DNA from: Levilinea sp.
GTDB taxonomy: Bacteria; Chloroflexota; Anaerolineae; Anaerolineales; Anaerolineaceae
Length of the DNA stretch: 64,000 nt
Assembly (NCBI GenBank): GCA_029975215.1
Contig: JARKPO010000064.1
Location: 11,536 to 75,535, forward strand
Direction: 5' to 3'
Shown here piece after piece: positions 17,358-26,937 of the stretch. The position numbers and the translations under genes were made by a program. Position 1 is the first letter of the stretch; each line of letters opens with the position of its first letter. Under the pieces are notes generated by a model. The model was given only the letters and a program-made list of their open reading frames with translations. It was not told where the DNA came from and searched no databases.

Positions 17358-17750
17358 TTATTGTTCCTGATCTTCGCCGCCCAGGCTTTCCACCCCATGC
17401 TGGTGGTGCAGCAGGCTTTCGGGGTTGTCGGCCACGGCCTGGCGCATGGCTTCGGTCATGGCGGCGCCGTTGCGGTATTGAAAAGGCCACATCGATTTGA
17501 GGTCAAACAAAGCCACGCGGTCGCCGTCCTCAAAAACATGCCCCAGATCCGGCTGGAATCCGGGCAAAGCCGATAGATTCCCATTGACAAAGGTGATGCC
17601 GCGCTCCTGCGTGGGCAGGTGCAGTTGGGCCAGCAGGTCGCCCATGCAGGCCCCCGCGGGCAGTTCAGCGCTGACCCGGGCAAAGCCGATCTGGCTGGGG
17701 TCCGGCCCATATTTACGCAGTGCCCCATACAACCAGACATCCAGTTTCAT
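17358..17750 (-). CDS. MoaD/ThiS-like ubiquitin-fold protein with C-terminal extension (no terminal GG)
   Basis: MKLDVWLYGALRKY...DLLAQL...FVNG...DGDRVALF, then about 40 extra residues. Confidence 0.7.
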   Translation of the reverse strand: MKLDVWLYGALRKYGPDPSQIGFARVSAELPAGACMGDLLAQLHLPTQERGITFVNGNLSALPGFQPDLGHVFEDGDRVALFDLKSMWPFQYRNGAAMTEAMRQAVADNPESLLHHQHGVESLGGEDQEQ

Positions 17751-17756
17751 ATAGGG

Positions 17757-17996
17757 TTAGCCTCCTCCGATGGGTGGAAACAGCCCAATTTCATCTTGAT
17801 CGTGCAGGACAAAATCAGGCTCTTGATAGATGCCGTTGACATAGGCCAGCTTGACCTCATCTTCCGGCAGATGGTAATAGGCGATGACGTCGCGCACCTG
17901 CGCCCCCTCCGGCAATTCCAGCGAGAGGGTCACTCCGATTTTGGCTTCGGGCACAAAGCGGCGTAAAGTGGCAAACAGGCGCACAAACACTTGCAC
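17757..17996 (-). CDS. moaD: MoaD/ThiS sulfur carrier protein
   Basis: GTG start; VRLFATLR...YVNG...DEIGLFPPIGGG with C-terminal diglycine. Confidence 0.85.
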   Translation of the reverse strand: MQVFVRLFATLRRFVPEAKIGVTLSLELPEGAQVRDVIAYYHLPEDEVKLAYVNGIYQEPDFVLHDQDEIGLFPPIGGG

Positions 17997-18006
17997 GGCT
18001 CTGGCC

Positions 18007-19194
18007 TCACGGACAGCGGACAATATCCTGCGCCCACAGACAGTCAGCACAGGAAGGGTTGGGCCCCCAACAAGCGTTGTTTTCCAGGCGCAGATCGCAG
18101 GTCTCGCGCAAGTCGCAGTCGGGGCAGGAAGGGAAGTGAAACGCGCGCACGGCGCTGCGGTAGCGGGTGTATTCCTCGCTCATCCAGATGTCGGCCAGAG
18201 AGGCCTGGTGTACATTGCCGAAGGTGTGGCGGCGCACCTCTTTTTCCGTGCCGTCAATGGTGTAATAGTGATAGCTGTGCGAGAGGGCATAGCAGGGCGA
18301 AACCCCGCCGTCCCAGCCGATGACAATGGAATAATCGTGCACAAAGCGGCAGTGCGGCTCGCCGCCCCAGTGCATGCGCGGCATCTCGGTGATGCCCCAT
18401 TTCATCCATGCATCGGAGCGCACCGGCCACCCGCCAGATTTGAGCGGGGCGATGGGTTCGTACCCATAGAGCTTTTCCACATTCATTTCAGCCGTGTAAG
18501 GCAGCACGTTGGAAACGACCGCACGTGCCACCCCCAGCCGCCCGGCCAACTCGGCCAGGCCTTCTAATTCGCCAACGTTGCTCTTCATGGCCACAAATTC
18601 GACCCCCAGGGTGGGCTGAACCGCTCCGGCCTGCCGTTTGGCCTCGTTGAGGTGCTGAATGTTTTCCAGCACTTCGGCCAGCTGCGCCCCGCGTACATCC
18701 GCATAGGTACCCGGCTGGATGCCGTCAATGGAGACCACCACCTGGCTGACCCCCAGCCGCACCAGCTCGCGGGAGATGCGCTCATCCAGCAGCAGCCCGT
18801 TGGTCCCCAAAGTGACCATCAGGCCGCGCGTGCGCAGTTTTTCAATGATCTCAAGAATGCGCGGGTGCACCAGGGGTTCACCAAAGCTGGTCAGCACCAC
18901 CTGGTCGAGGGCAGGGAAGGCGGACAGATCCGTCAGAATGCGTTCAAAGGTCTCGCGCTTCATGTGCGCGCTGGGATCCACCCAGGAATGGCGGATGCAG
19001 GTCTGGCAGTTGAGATTGCAGGCGGTGGTGACCTCAATATACAGCTTACGAGCATCGGGCCGGCAGGGATGCAGAATGAGGTCGCCGTCGCGCTCATCCA
19101 ACCAGTAATCAGCCTGAGGGTCGAGGCGGCGGCGGGTGAGAAAATCCGCCGGAAGGCGGAACTGGCCGTGTTCATCAAGGGTCAACTTGGGCAT
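18007..19194 (-). CDS. Radical SAM/SPASM protein, tungsten-cofactor oxidoreductase maturase type
   Basis: CNLNCQTC, FGEP, SPASM cysteines, C-terminal CPDC...C...CWG...CADCLW; directly downstream of AOR. Confidence 0.85.
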   Translation of the reverse strand: MPKLTLDEHGQFRLPADFLTRRRLDPQADYWLDERDGDLILHPCRPDARKLYIEVTTACNLNCQTCIRHSWVDPSAHMKRETFERILTDLSAFPALDQVVLTSFGEPLVHPRILEIIEKLRTRGLMVTLGTNGLLLDERISRELVRLGVSQVVVSIDGIQPGTYADVRGAQLAEVLENIQHLNEAKRQAGAVQPTLGVEFVAMKSNVGELEGLAELAGRLGVARAVVSNVLPYTAEMNVEKLYGYEPIAPLKSGGWPVRSDAWMKWGITEMPRMHWGGEPHCRFVHDYSIVIGWDGGVSPCYALSHSYHYYTIDGTEKEVRRHTFGNVHQASLADIWMSEEYTRYRSAVRAFHFPSCPDCDLRETCDLRLENNACWGPNPSCADCLWAQDIVRCP

Positions 19195-19230
19195 GGGCGC
19201 TCCTGAGACTACCGATAAAATGCACGTGGA

Positions 19231-19262
19231 AAGGAGAGGGGCTGATGGGCCCCTCCCCTTTG
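19231..19262 (-). terminator. Hairpin between AOR and the radical SAM gene (partial terminator or stabiliser)
   Basis: Minus strand AAGGGGAGGGGC-CCATCA-GCCCCTCTCCTT. Confidence 0.5.
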
Positions 19263-19281
19263 CCAGAGGATATACAGCAGG

Positions 19282-21045
19282 TTACAGTTCTTTAAAGACC
19301 GAATCCAGGGCCTCGTCCGGCACATCAAAGACCTGATTGTGCGGGGGTAGCGGCTCGAGATGCATAAATTCGGGCAGCCGGTCGGCTTCGGCCTTGATGC
19401 CGGCGGCTTCGTTGAAGGCGCGTTCCACCTTCAGCACTTCTGCACCGTAGGCCACGGCGTCATCCGCACTCCAGTTGGTGCCCAGCACGCCGTTGCACTC
19501 CTGGATGAAGCCTTCGAAGCCGCTGGCGATGTCGAGGATGGGGAAGGCAATGAACAGGCAGTGGCCAGAGGAGTCAATGAAGGCGGTGGTCGCCTGGAAG
19601 GCGCGGCTGAGGGCTGCTTTGCCTTCGGGGCTGAGCGGATCCTGCTTGCCGCTGACGCCCAAAATTTCGGGGCAGATGGTGTAACCGGCGGTGTGGTCGG
19701 CGCCCATGGTGGTGGTGGCGTACGTGATGCCAATGCCCTTCACCGCGCGCGGCTCATACGCGGGCATGCCCTGACCCTTGACGGTAGGAACGCGGCGCAC
19801 GCCCAGCAATTTGCCCGCCACTTCGGCTCCGCCGCCCAGCATCTTGCCGGTGGGTGTGCCTTTGCCCATTTCATGGATGAGCTGGATCGCGCCCTTGCTG
19901 TCGCCAAAGGGGATCACCCCGCCTTCCATGGCCACGCCCAGGGTCACGCCAGTTTCGATGGTGTCCAGGCCGTAGGCATTGCACAGGTGCACCATGGTGG
20001 CGATGTCGTCCAGGTCGTCCACGCCCAGGTTGGCGCCCAACGACCAGGTGGATTCGTATTCGATGCAGGAGGCGCGCTCGCTTTTATCGGGGTTAAAGAG
20101 GGTATTCGAGCATTGGATGATGCAGCCGGGGGAACAGGCGTGGTTGTACACCTCTTTGCCCATGCGCTCTTTGTTGGTTTCAAAGATGGCTTCACCGGCG
20201 GTCTTGGGGGCGCCTTCAAAGCGGCCCGCTGAAAAATTGCGGGTGGGCAGGCCGCCTGCCTCATTGAGAATGTTCACCAGCACGGCCGTGCCGTAGCTGT
20301 TCAGGCCGCCCTTGGGCTTCGAGATGGGGTGGCTGCGGATGGCGTCAATCATCTTCTTGCGGCCTTCGTCAAAGAGGGCCTTATCGGCAATTTCCACACC
20401 CGGCGAACCTTTTTCGTTGAGCACGATGAATTTGAGCCGCTTCGAGGCCATCACCGCACCCACACCGCCGCGCCCGGCATAGCGGCTGGGGCGTTTGGCC
20501 TGGTCGTTAAAGACGATGCCCGAGTTGCCGTAACCGTATTCACCCGCGTTGCCAATGCTGGCGATGGAGATGCGGCCTTCAAAGCGCTGGTAAATCATCG
20601 GATAGGATTCGTACACATCCTTTCCGGTGTATTCGCTGGCGTCAAAGAATTCCACCACAGGCTTTTGGGCGTCTGAATCCCAATGAATGAAGGTTCCCCA
20701 ATATTTGTCGGTATCCTGAGGCAGTCCTTCCACAATCAGAGCGCGGATGCGCATGCTGGCCAGGTCGGGGCCCCAGGAGGTTCCGGCATTGGCTTCTTTG
20801 ATGCCCCCCGTGAGCGGCGATTTACAGCCGACTGAGATGCGGGCAGAGGTGGGGGCAGCTGTGCTGGTGACGATGCCCGCCGAAAAGACCAGTTTGTTGT
20901 TGGGACCAAGCGCGTGGCATAGCGGCGGCACTTCTTCCGCCACAATTTTTGAGGTTAGGGCACGCCCATAGAGGTAGTGGTAACGTTCTGGAACGGCTTC
21001 CAATTTGGACGTGCGGTCCGTCATGTTGATACGTAAGATCCACAT
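19282..21045 (-). CDS. aor: Tungsten-dependent aldehyde:ferredoxin oxidoreductase
   Basis: KSPLTGGIKEANAG, GRGGVGAVMASKRLK, CSPGCIIQC, EYES, GLDTIETG, GADHT. Start MWILRIN with GGAGG RBS. Confidence 0.93.
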   Translation of the reverse strand: MWILRINMTDRTSKLEAVPERYHYLYGRALTSKIVAEEVPPLCHALGPNNKLVFSAGIVTSTAAPTSARISVGCKSPLTGGIKEANAGTSWGPDLASMRIRALIVEGLPQDTDKYWGTFIHWDSDAQKPVVEFFDASEYTGKDVYESYPMIYQRFEGRISIASIGNAGEYGYGNSGIVFNDQAKRPSRYAGRGGVGAVMASKRLKFIVLNEKGSPGVEIADKALFDEGRKKMIDAIRSHPISKPKGGLNSYGTAVLVNILNEAGGLPTRNFSAGRFEGAPKTAGEAIFETNKERMGKEVYNHACSPGCIIQCSNTLFNPDKSERASCIEYESTWSLGANLGVDDLDDIATMVHLCNAYGLDTIETGVTLGVAMEGGVIPFGDSKGAIQLIHEMGKGTPTGKMLGGGAEVAGKLLGVRRVPTVKGQGMPAYEPRAVKGIGITYATTTMGADHTAGYTICPEILGVSGKQDPLSPEGKAALSRAFQATTAFIDSSGHCLFIAFPILDIASGFEGFIQECNGVLGTNWSADDAVAYGAEVLKVERAFNEAAGIKAEADRLPEFMHLEPLPPHNQVFDVPDEALDSVFKEL

Positions 21046-21198
21046 AGCTTCCTCCACATGATCTGATTGAGAATGGACGAACGATGGGTAAACTAGGGTG
21101 AACTGGGCTGAATCGAGCTGAATGAAAAACGCGCACCTCCTTTGAGCTGGCAGGGCGCGCAAAATGCACAAAATGACCCTGCTCCGCAGCAGTGAGGG

Positions 21199-21285
21199 GT
21201 CTCCTTTGCGCACTGGCAGGCGATGAGAATTACTCCTCATGCCCTATCGTTCTCCTATCCGAGACGGAATCAGAGAATCGGAGAG
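21199..21285 (-). ncRNA. Moco/Tuco-type riboswitch candidate
   Basis: Minus strand CTCCGA...AGGGC-ATGAG-GAGTAATT-CTCAT-CGCCTGCC...AAAGGAG matches recalled conserved Moco RNA elements. It lacks the CCUAAG P3 stem and lies in the AOR 5' leader. Confidence 0.75.
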
Positions 21286-21314
21286 TATTGAGTTGAAATA
21301 CCGGTTTCCCATTC

Positions 21315-21344
21315 ATTATACAAACGCAAAATGAAAAATGTCAA
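21315..21344 (-). promoter_or_regulatory. Consensus sigma-70 promoter of the AOR operon
   Basis: Minus strand TTGACA-N18-TATAAT, giving a leader of about 260 nt. Confidence 0.8.
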
Positions 21345-21410
21345 TCAAAATTGAATCAAAATTGATTGAAAAATGGCGCAGTCCCAGCCAATGCAGCCGA
21401 GGGGGGTGAA

Positions 21411-22496
21411 TCAGGGACGGGCAAACACCAGGGTGTAATAACCCTTGAACGGGCTGCCGGGCACATAGGCAAAGGCAATGCCGACCTCGGTCACTTTCTT
21501 ACTGAGGATGTTGCCGCGGTGCACGGGGCTGTTCATCCACCAATCCCAGGCCCCCTGCGCGCCGCCGCCAAAGGCCGGGTCGCCCGCGTAGATATTTTCC
21601 GCAGCGGCTGCAGCCTGGTAGCCCTGATCGCGAATGCGCGTGTTCCAGGTAGAGCCGTTGGAGCCGGTGTGGTCCACAAATTGATTGCAGCCCATATCGG
21701 CGCTGTGTGCGGCAGCAGCGGCATCTAACGCGCTTTGGCGCGTCAGGGCAGCCAACCCCTCGGCGGCGCGGGCGGTGTTGATCCAATTCAGCAAGTTGGC
21801 TTCTGCCTGGGTGTCGGTTTGCGGGCTGCACCCCGCGGGCAAAGTCACCGGGCTGCCCCCGCCCACCACGGGCACGGGCGCACCGCTTTCATCATAGATG
21901 CTCACCCCAATCTTGACCCAAAACAGATCCTGCCCGCCGCTGTTGGTACCAAAGCGCGTGCCGTAGGGGTCCTGGAACTGCCAAAAGCCGGTGAAAGCAT
22001 CGCCGCTGGCGGGCGAAACCATATTCACCGAAACTTCCACCACTTCTCCCGGCGCAGCAGGCGGCAGGGGGTTGGTGAAGAGCGCGCCCATCGGATCGCC
22101 GGAGTGAAATACCACGGCATAATTGGCCCCCCAGGTGCAGGTTCCCTTGTTCTGAAAGCGCCAGGTTTTAACAAAAGGCACATTTTGCTTAAACGCAGTC
22201 CCGTCCGGGATGGTGACATCCCCCAGGAAAGCGGCCACATCCGTGCAGTCTTTGGGCGGCAGGCTGGTGGGCGCGGGTTGGGTGGGGGTCGGCGTGGGTA
22301 GATCCGGCGCGGGTTGGGCGGGCGTAGGTTGGGTCGGGGTGGGGCTTGCTTCGGCAGGCGGCGCAGGCGGCAGAGTGAGTGTGGGCGTGGGGGTGGGTTG
22401 GGCGGGGGGCGCGGAGGGGGCGGCGGTGGGGGGCGCGGCGCAAGCTGCCAGAAATACCAATAGAAACACCACTGCTGCAATCGTCTGCCTGTGCAT
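21411..22496 (-). CDS. Lipoprotein with NBR1-Ig-like (FW) domain and CAP (SCP) domain
   Basis: Lipobox LAAC; DVTIPDGT..F.KTWRFQNKGTCTW; INTARAAEGL..AAAAHSADM..ENI..WMNSPVHRGNIL. Confidence 0.9.
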   Translation of the reverse strand: MHRQTIAAVVFLLVFLAACAAPPTAAPSAPPAQPTPTPTLTLPPAPPAEASPTPTQPTPAQPAPDLPTPTPTQPAPTSLPPKDCTDVAAFLGDVTIPDGTAFKQNVPFVKTWRFQNKGTCTWGANYAVVFHSGDPMGALFTNPLPPAAPGEVVEVSVNMVSPASGDAFTGFWQFQDPYGTRFGTNSGGQDLFWVKIGVSIYDESGAPVPVVGGGSPVTLPAGCSPQTDTQAEANLLNWINTARAAEGLAALTRQSALDAAAAAHSADMGCNQFVDHTGSNGSTWNTRIRDQGYQAAAAAENIYAGDPAFGGGAQGAWDWWMNSPVHRGNILSKKVTEVGIAFAYVPGSPFKGYYTLVFARP

Positions 22497-22584
22497 ATCT
22501 GCCTGCCTGAATCAACCGAATAATGGGTGATTATATACCTGTTAAATCAAAAAACAATCCCCGAAAACCGCCGCGCCGCAGCGT

Positions 22585-22613
22585 TTGACTTTCTGTAAGG
22601 CCGCTTTTATACT
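22585..22613 (+). promoter_or_regulatory. sigma-70 promoter of comM, probably leaderless
   Basis: TTGACT-N17-TATACT, ATG 6 nt downstream, no Shine-Dalgarno. Confidence 0.7.
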
Positions 22614-22619
22614 CATTTC

Positions 22620-24140
22620 ATGCTTGCCCGCGTCTTTTCTTGCGCCGTCATCGGTCTGGAGGGGGTCATCGTCGAAGTAGAGGTGGACACTTCGGCCAAC
22701 CTGCCGGGCATGGTCATCGTTGGTCTGCCGGACGCCGCTGTACAGGAGAGCCGCGAGCGCGTGCAGGCGGCCATCAAAAACGCTGGGCTGTCTTTTCCGC
22801 GCAAGCGCGTCACCGTCAATCTGGCCCCCGCAGCGGTGCGCAAAGAAGGCCCCTCCTACGACTTGCCCATTGCCATGGGGGTGCTGGCAGCCTCGGAACA
22901 GGTGGATCCGCGTGAATTGGAGGACAGCCTGGTGATCGGCGAGCTTTCGCTGGACGGCTCGGTGCGGCATGTGCGCGGAGTGCTGCCCATGGCAGCGGTG
23001 GCGCGCAGCCAGGGGATGCGCCGCGTATTTGTGCCGCAGGCCGACGCCGCCGAAGCCGGCCTGATCCCCGATCTAGAAGTGATTCCGGTCCAATCCCTGG
23101 GCGATTTGCAGCGCCATCTGAGCGGCTTTGAACGCATTCAGCCCATTCCGGCAGTGGAGCAGGCCCCGGATGAGTCCTTCGTTGGGGTGGATTTTCGCGA
23201 GATTAAGGGGCAGGAGCACGTCAAACGCGCGCTGGAAGTGGCCGCGGCGGGCGCGCATAACATCCTCATGATGGGCCCCCCTGGAGCAGGCAAAACCCTG
23301 CTGGCGCGCGCCCTGCCCGCCATTCTGCCATCCATGAGCATTGATGAAGCCCTGGATGTGACCCGCATCTACTCGGTGGCCGACCAGCTGCCCGCGGGCG
23401 TTCCCCTCGTGCGCACGCGCCCCTTCCGCGCCCCCCACCACACCATCAGCCACGCCGGGCTGGTGGGCGGCGGCAATTGGCCCCATCCCGGCGAAATTTC
23501 CCTGGCACACCGCGGCGTGCTCTTTCTGGATGAGCTGCCGGAATTTGGTGTGCGCGTATTGGAGGTGCTGCGCCAGCCGGTGGAAGACAAGATCGTCACC
23601 ATCAGCCGCGCTCAGGGTTCGCTGACCTTCCCGGCCAATTTTCAGCTGGTGGCGGCCATGAACCCCTGCCCCTGCGGTTATTACGGCGACCCGCTGCGGC
23701 CATGCACCTGTTCGCCGGGGGTTGTCACCAAGTACCAAAAGCGCATCTCCGGGCCGCTGTTGGACCGCATTGACATTCACATTCAGGTGCCGCGGGTGGA
23801 ATACGAAAAGCTCAGCGATGCCCGCCTGGGGGAGAGTTCCGCGGCGGTTAAGGCACGGGTCGAGGCGGCTCGCGAACGCCAGCGGGCGCGCTTTGAGGGC
23901 ACGGCCATCACCTGCAACAACGAGATGGGGCCTGGGGAGCTGCGGCAGTACTGTGTTTTAGATGAAAGCAGCCGCGCGCTGATGAAATCGGCCATGCGTC
24001 AGCTCCAGCTTTCGGCCCGCGCCTATCACCGTGTACTCAAGCTGTCGCGCACCATCGCAGACCTGGCCGGCAGCGAAGCCATCACCGCGGCGCATCTGGC
24101 CGAGGCACTGCAGTACCGCCCCCGCATGGAGGGAGAATAG
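22620..24140 (+). CDS. comM: YifB/ComM Mg-chelatase-like AAA+ ATPase
   Basis: VGLPDAAVQESRERV, GPPGAGKT, PFRAPHHT, LFLDELPEF, NPCPCGY, ISGPLLDRID. Confidence 0.95.
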   Translation: MLARVFSCAVIGLEGVIVEVEVDTSANLPGMVIVGLPDAAVQESRERVQAAIKNAGLSFPRKRVTVNLAPAAVRKEGPSYDLPIAMGVLAASEQVDPRELEDSLVIGELSLDGSVRHVRGVLPMAAVARSQGMRRVFVPQADAAEAGLIPDLEVIPVQSLGDLQRHLSGFERIQPIPAVEQAPDESFVGVDFREIKGQEHVKRALEVAAAGAHNILMMGPPGAGKTLLARALPAILPSMSIDEALDVTRIYSVADQLPAGVPLVRTRPFRAPHHTISHAGLVGGGNWPHPGEISLAHRGVLFLDELPEFGVRVLEVLRQPVEDKIVTISRAQGSLTFPANFQLVAAMNPCPCGYYGDPLRPCTCSPGVVTKYQKRISGPLLDRIDIHIQVPRVEYEKLSDARLGESSAAVKARVEAARERQRARFEGTAITCNNEMGPGELRQYCVLDESSRALMKSAMRQLQLSARAYHRVLKLSRTIADLAGSEAITAAHLAEALQYRPRMEGE

Positions 24141-24238
24141 GGGCACAGTCCCTTTTGTCCCCGGAACCTTCGCTGTAAACATCGATCAGCCGCAGCCCTC
24201 AGCCTCCAATGAGACGCGGCTCTCTCGATGCAAATGAT

Positions 24239-24267
24239 TTGACTTCCCATCCCAGCCGTGCTATCAT
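24239..24267 (+). promoter_or_regulatory. sigma-70 promoter of yacL-cysS
   Basis: TTGACT-N17-TATCAT with an extended TG. Confidence 0.65.
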
Positions 24268-24334
24268 CCTCATACACCGCAATCGTTGGCGATTTATTTC
24301 GCACATTAACATCTCTTCTATATTTGGAGGAATC

Positions 24335-25453
24335 ATGAGCTCTGAATTCATTTTACGTTTAATTGGCATGATTGTTTTTTCCATCATTGGAGTAGCAGTC
24401 GGATCCTTCCTTGGTCAGGCCGCCGCAGACAACAACTCTGTGGTTTCCACCTTCACTGTGGAGCAGTACGCCTTCACGGTGGGCCTGGTTGGCGCCCTCA
24501 TCGGACTAATTCTCACCCCCTATATCACCTCACGCCCCATGCGCTCCCTGCGCGCCCTGTTGGCACGCATCTCGCCCCAGGCTTTGTTTTCTGCCATCGC
24601 CGGTCTCATTGTGGGTCTGGTCATCGCCGTTTTGCTGTCTTTTCCCCTATCCCGTTTGCCAGGGTTATTTGGGGATCTATTGCCGTTTGCCGCTGTGCTG
24701 ATTTTTGGGTACATCGGCGTATGGCTGTTTGTCATGCGCCAAAACGACCTGTTTGCGGTGGCTTCACAGCTTTCCGGCAGTCGCGCTGCAGCCTCTGCGA
24801 TATCAGCCGGTGAAGCCCCCAGCGGAACAAATTGGGCCGACAGCCGCACCATCCTGCTCGACACCAGCGTGATCATTGACGGCCGCATCGCCGATATCGC
24901 CCGCACCGGCTTTCTGCCCGGGGCCCTGCTCATCCCGCGCTTTGTACTCAACGAACTGCAGTACATCGCCGACTCACCCGACAGCCTGCGCCGCCAGCGC
25001 GGCCGCCGCGGCATGGAAGTGCTGGCGCAGCTCCAGCGCGAGCCCACCATCCCCGTGCGCATGAGCGACATTGATGTAGAAGGCGTGCGCGAGGTGGATG
25101 ACAAACTGGTCATCCTCGCCCGCCAGCTCAAATGTCCGGTGCTGACCAACGATTACAACCTCAACCGCATCGCCGAGCTGCAAGGCGTGACCGTTCTGAA
25201 CGTCAACGAACTGGCCAACGCGGTCAAATCCGTCCTGCTTCCGGGTGAAATGCTCAGTGTGCGCGTCATCCAGGAAGGCAAGGAGTACGCCCAGGGCGTC
25301 GGTTACATGGATGACGGCACGATGGTCGTCATCGAAAACGGCCGCGATTATATGGACAAAGAAATCGGCGTGGTGGTCACCAAAGTCCTGCAGACCGCCG
25401 CTGGCCGTATGATTTTTGCTCGACCCGAAGATCAACGCTCTTCTGAGCGCTAA
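24335..25453 (+). CDS. yacL: Membrane-anchored PIN/TRAM domain protein (YacL family)
   Basis: N-terminal TM helices; [55 protein letters not shown] before ATG 24335. Confidence 0.92.
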   Translation: MSSEFILRLIGMIVFSIIGVAVGSFLGQAAADNNSVVSTFTVEQYAFTVGLVGALIGLILTPYITSRPMRSLRALLARISPQALFSAIAGLIVGLVIAVLLSFPLSRLPGLFGDLLPFAAVLIFGYIGVWLFVMRQNDLFAVASQLSGSRAAASAISAGEAPSGTNWADSRTILLDTSVIIDGRIADIARTGFLPGALLIPRFVLNELQYIADSPDSLRRQRGRRGMEVLAQLQREPTIPVRMSDIDVEGVREVDDKLVILARQLKCPVLTNDYNLNRIAELQGVTVLNVNELANAVKSVLLPGEMLSVRVIQEGKEYAQGVGYMDDGTMVVIENGRDYMDKEIGVVVTKVLQTAAGRMIFARPEDQRSSER

Positions 25454-25466
25454 GGAGAACCCATCC

Positions 25467-26870
25467 ATGGCTTTGCGTATCTACAATACCATGACCCACA
25501 AGAAAGAGGAGTTCCAGACTCTGGAACCCAACCACGTGCGTATGTACGTATGCGGCCCCACCGTCTACAACAAAGCCCACGTTGGCCATGCCATGTCGGC
25601 CCTGGTGTTTGACATCATCCGCCGCTACCTGGATTACCGCGGCTATCAGGTGAGCCACGCTATGAACTTCACCGACGTGGATGACAAGATCATCCTGCGC
25701 GCCAACGAGATGAAGGTGGATCCCTTCGCGCTGGCCGAAGGCTACATCCGCGAATTTGAGCAAAACCTGGCCGACCTGAATGTCCTCCCCGCCACCATCA
25801 AGCCGCGCGCCACGCAGGAAATTCCCCAAATCCTCAAGATGGTGCAGGATTTGATTGACAAGGGCTATGCCTACCCCCTTAACGGTGACGTGTATTTCCG
25901 CGTGCGCAAGGATGAAGATTACGGCCGCCTTTCGGGGCGCAAGCTGGAGGATATGCAGGCTGGCGCGCGCATTGATGTAGATTCCCGCAAGGAAGACCCC
26001 ATGGACTTTGCCTTGTGGAAGTCCGCCCGCCCCGGCGAACCCTCGTGGGACAGCCCCTGGGGCCCTGGGCGCCCCGGTTGGCACATCGAATGCTCTGCCA
26101 TGAACCTCACCCACCTGGGCGAACAGATTGACATCCACGGCGGCGGAAACGACCTGATCTTCCCTCACCACGAAAACGAAATTGCTCAGACCGAAAGCCT
26201 GACCGGCAAACCTTTCGCTCGCTACTGGGTGCACAACGGCATGCTGCAGTTGGGCGGCGAAAAAATGTCCAAATCGCTGGGCAATTTAGTGACCATTGAA
26301 GACTTTTTGGCCCAGCACCCCGCCGATGCGCTGCGCCTGATGGTGCTCACCTCCAGTTACCGCGGCCCGCTGACTTTTAACGATGAAGTCATTGCCACCG
26401 CCGAACGCGGCGTCGAACGGCTGCGCTCGGCCCTGCGGCCTGCCTTGCCAGGGGCCGCCGGTGCGCCGCAAAGCACATTGGACGCGTTGGCCAAACAGAT
26501 GGAAATCGCCCAGGCAACCTTCATCGAATCCATGGATGATGATTTCAACTCCGCCGGTGCAGTGGCGGGCCTGTATGAGCTGGTGCGTTCCATCAACCAG
26601 GCCCGTGCGGACGGCGCTCGCGATGAGGAATTGGCCCCCGCTCAGGCAAAACTGCGCGAACTGGCCGCGGTGTTAGGCCTGACCCTGAAGGAAGAGCAGC
26701 GCGGCGCGCAAGGCGCCGACCCCTTCGTGGATTTGCTGGTGGAACTGCGCACCGAGATGCGCAAGCAAAAACAGTGGGCTTTTTCCGACCTGATCCGCGA
26801 CCGTCTGGCCGCTTTGGGGGTCGTCTTGGAAGACAGCAAAGAAGGAACCCGCTGGCGCTGGAACGCCTGA
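25467..26870 (+). CDS. cysS: Cysteine--tRNA ligase
   Basis: [32 protein letters not shown]. Confidence 0.98.
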   Translation: MALRIYNTMTHKKEEFQTLEPNHVRMYVCGPTVYNKAHVGHAMSALVFDIIRRYLDYRGYQVSHAMNFTDVDDKIILRANEMKVDPFALAEGYIREFEQNLADLNVLPATIKPRATQEIPQILKMVQDLIDKGYAYPLNGDVYFRVRKDEDYGRLSGRKLEDMQAGARIDVDSRKEDPMDFALWKSARPGEPSWDSPWGPGRPGWHIECSAMNLTHLGEQIDIHGGGNDLIFPHHENEIAQTESLTGKPFARYWVHNGMLQLGGEKMSKSLGNLVTIEDFLAQHPADALRLMVLTSSYRGPLTFNDEVIATAERGVERLRSALRPALPGAAGAPQSTLDALAKQMEIAQATFIESMDDDFNSAGAVAGLYELVRSINQARADGARDEELAPAQAKLRELAAVLGLTLKEEQRGAQGADPFVDLLVELRTEMRKQKQWAFSDLIRDRLAALGVVLEDSKEGTRWRWNA

Positions 26871-26880
26871 ACGTCTGAAC

Positions 26881-26916
26881 GGGCCGGGGTGTGCAGAACC
26901 CACCTCGGCCCTTTTT
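26881..26916 (+). terminator. Terminator-like hairpin after cysS
   Basis: GGGCCGGGG...CCTCGGCCC followed by TTTTT. Confidence 0.6.
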
Positions 26917-26937
26917 GTCCCTCTGTGAGGCCGCTGT

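Noticed and set aside
22620-24140. comM as part of the GTA-like system
   Set aside because: ComM aids recombination of incoming DNA in known systems, but here it is 12 kb away among housekeeping genes with no shared regulatory motif seen.
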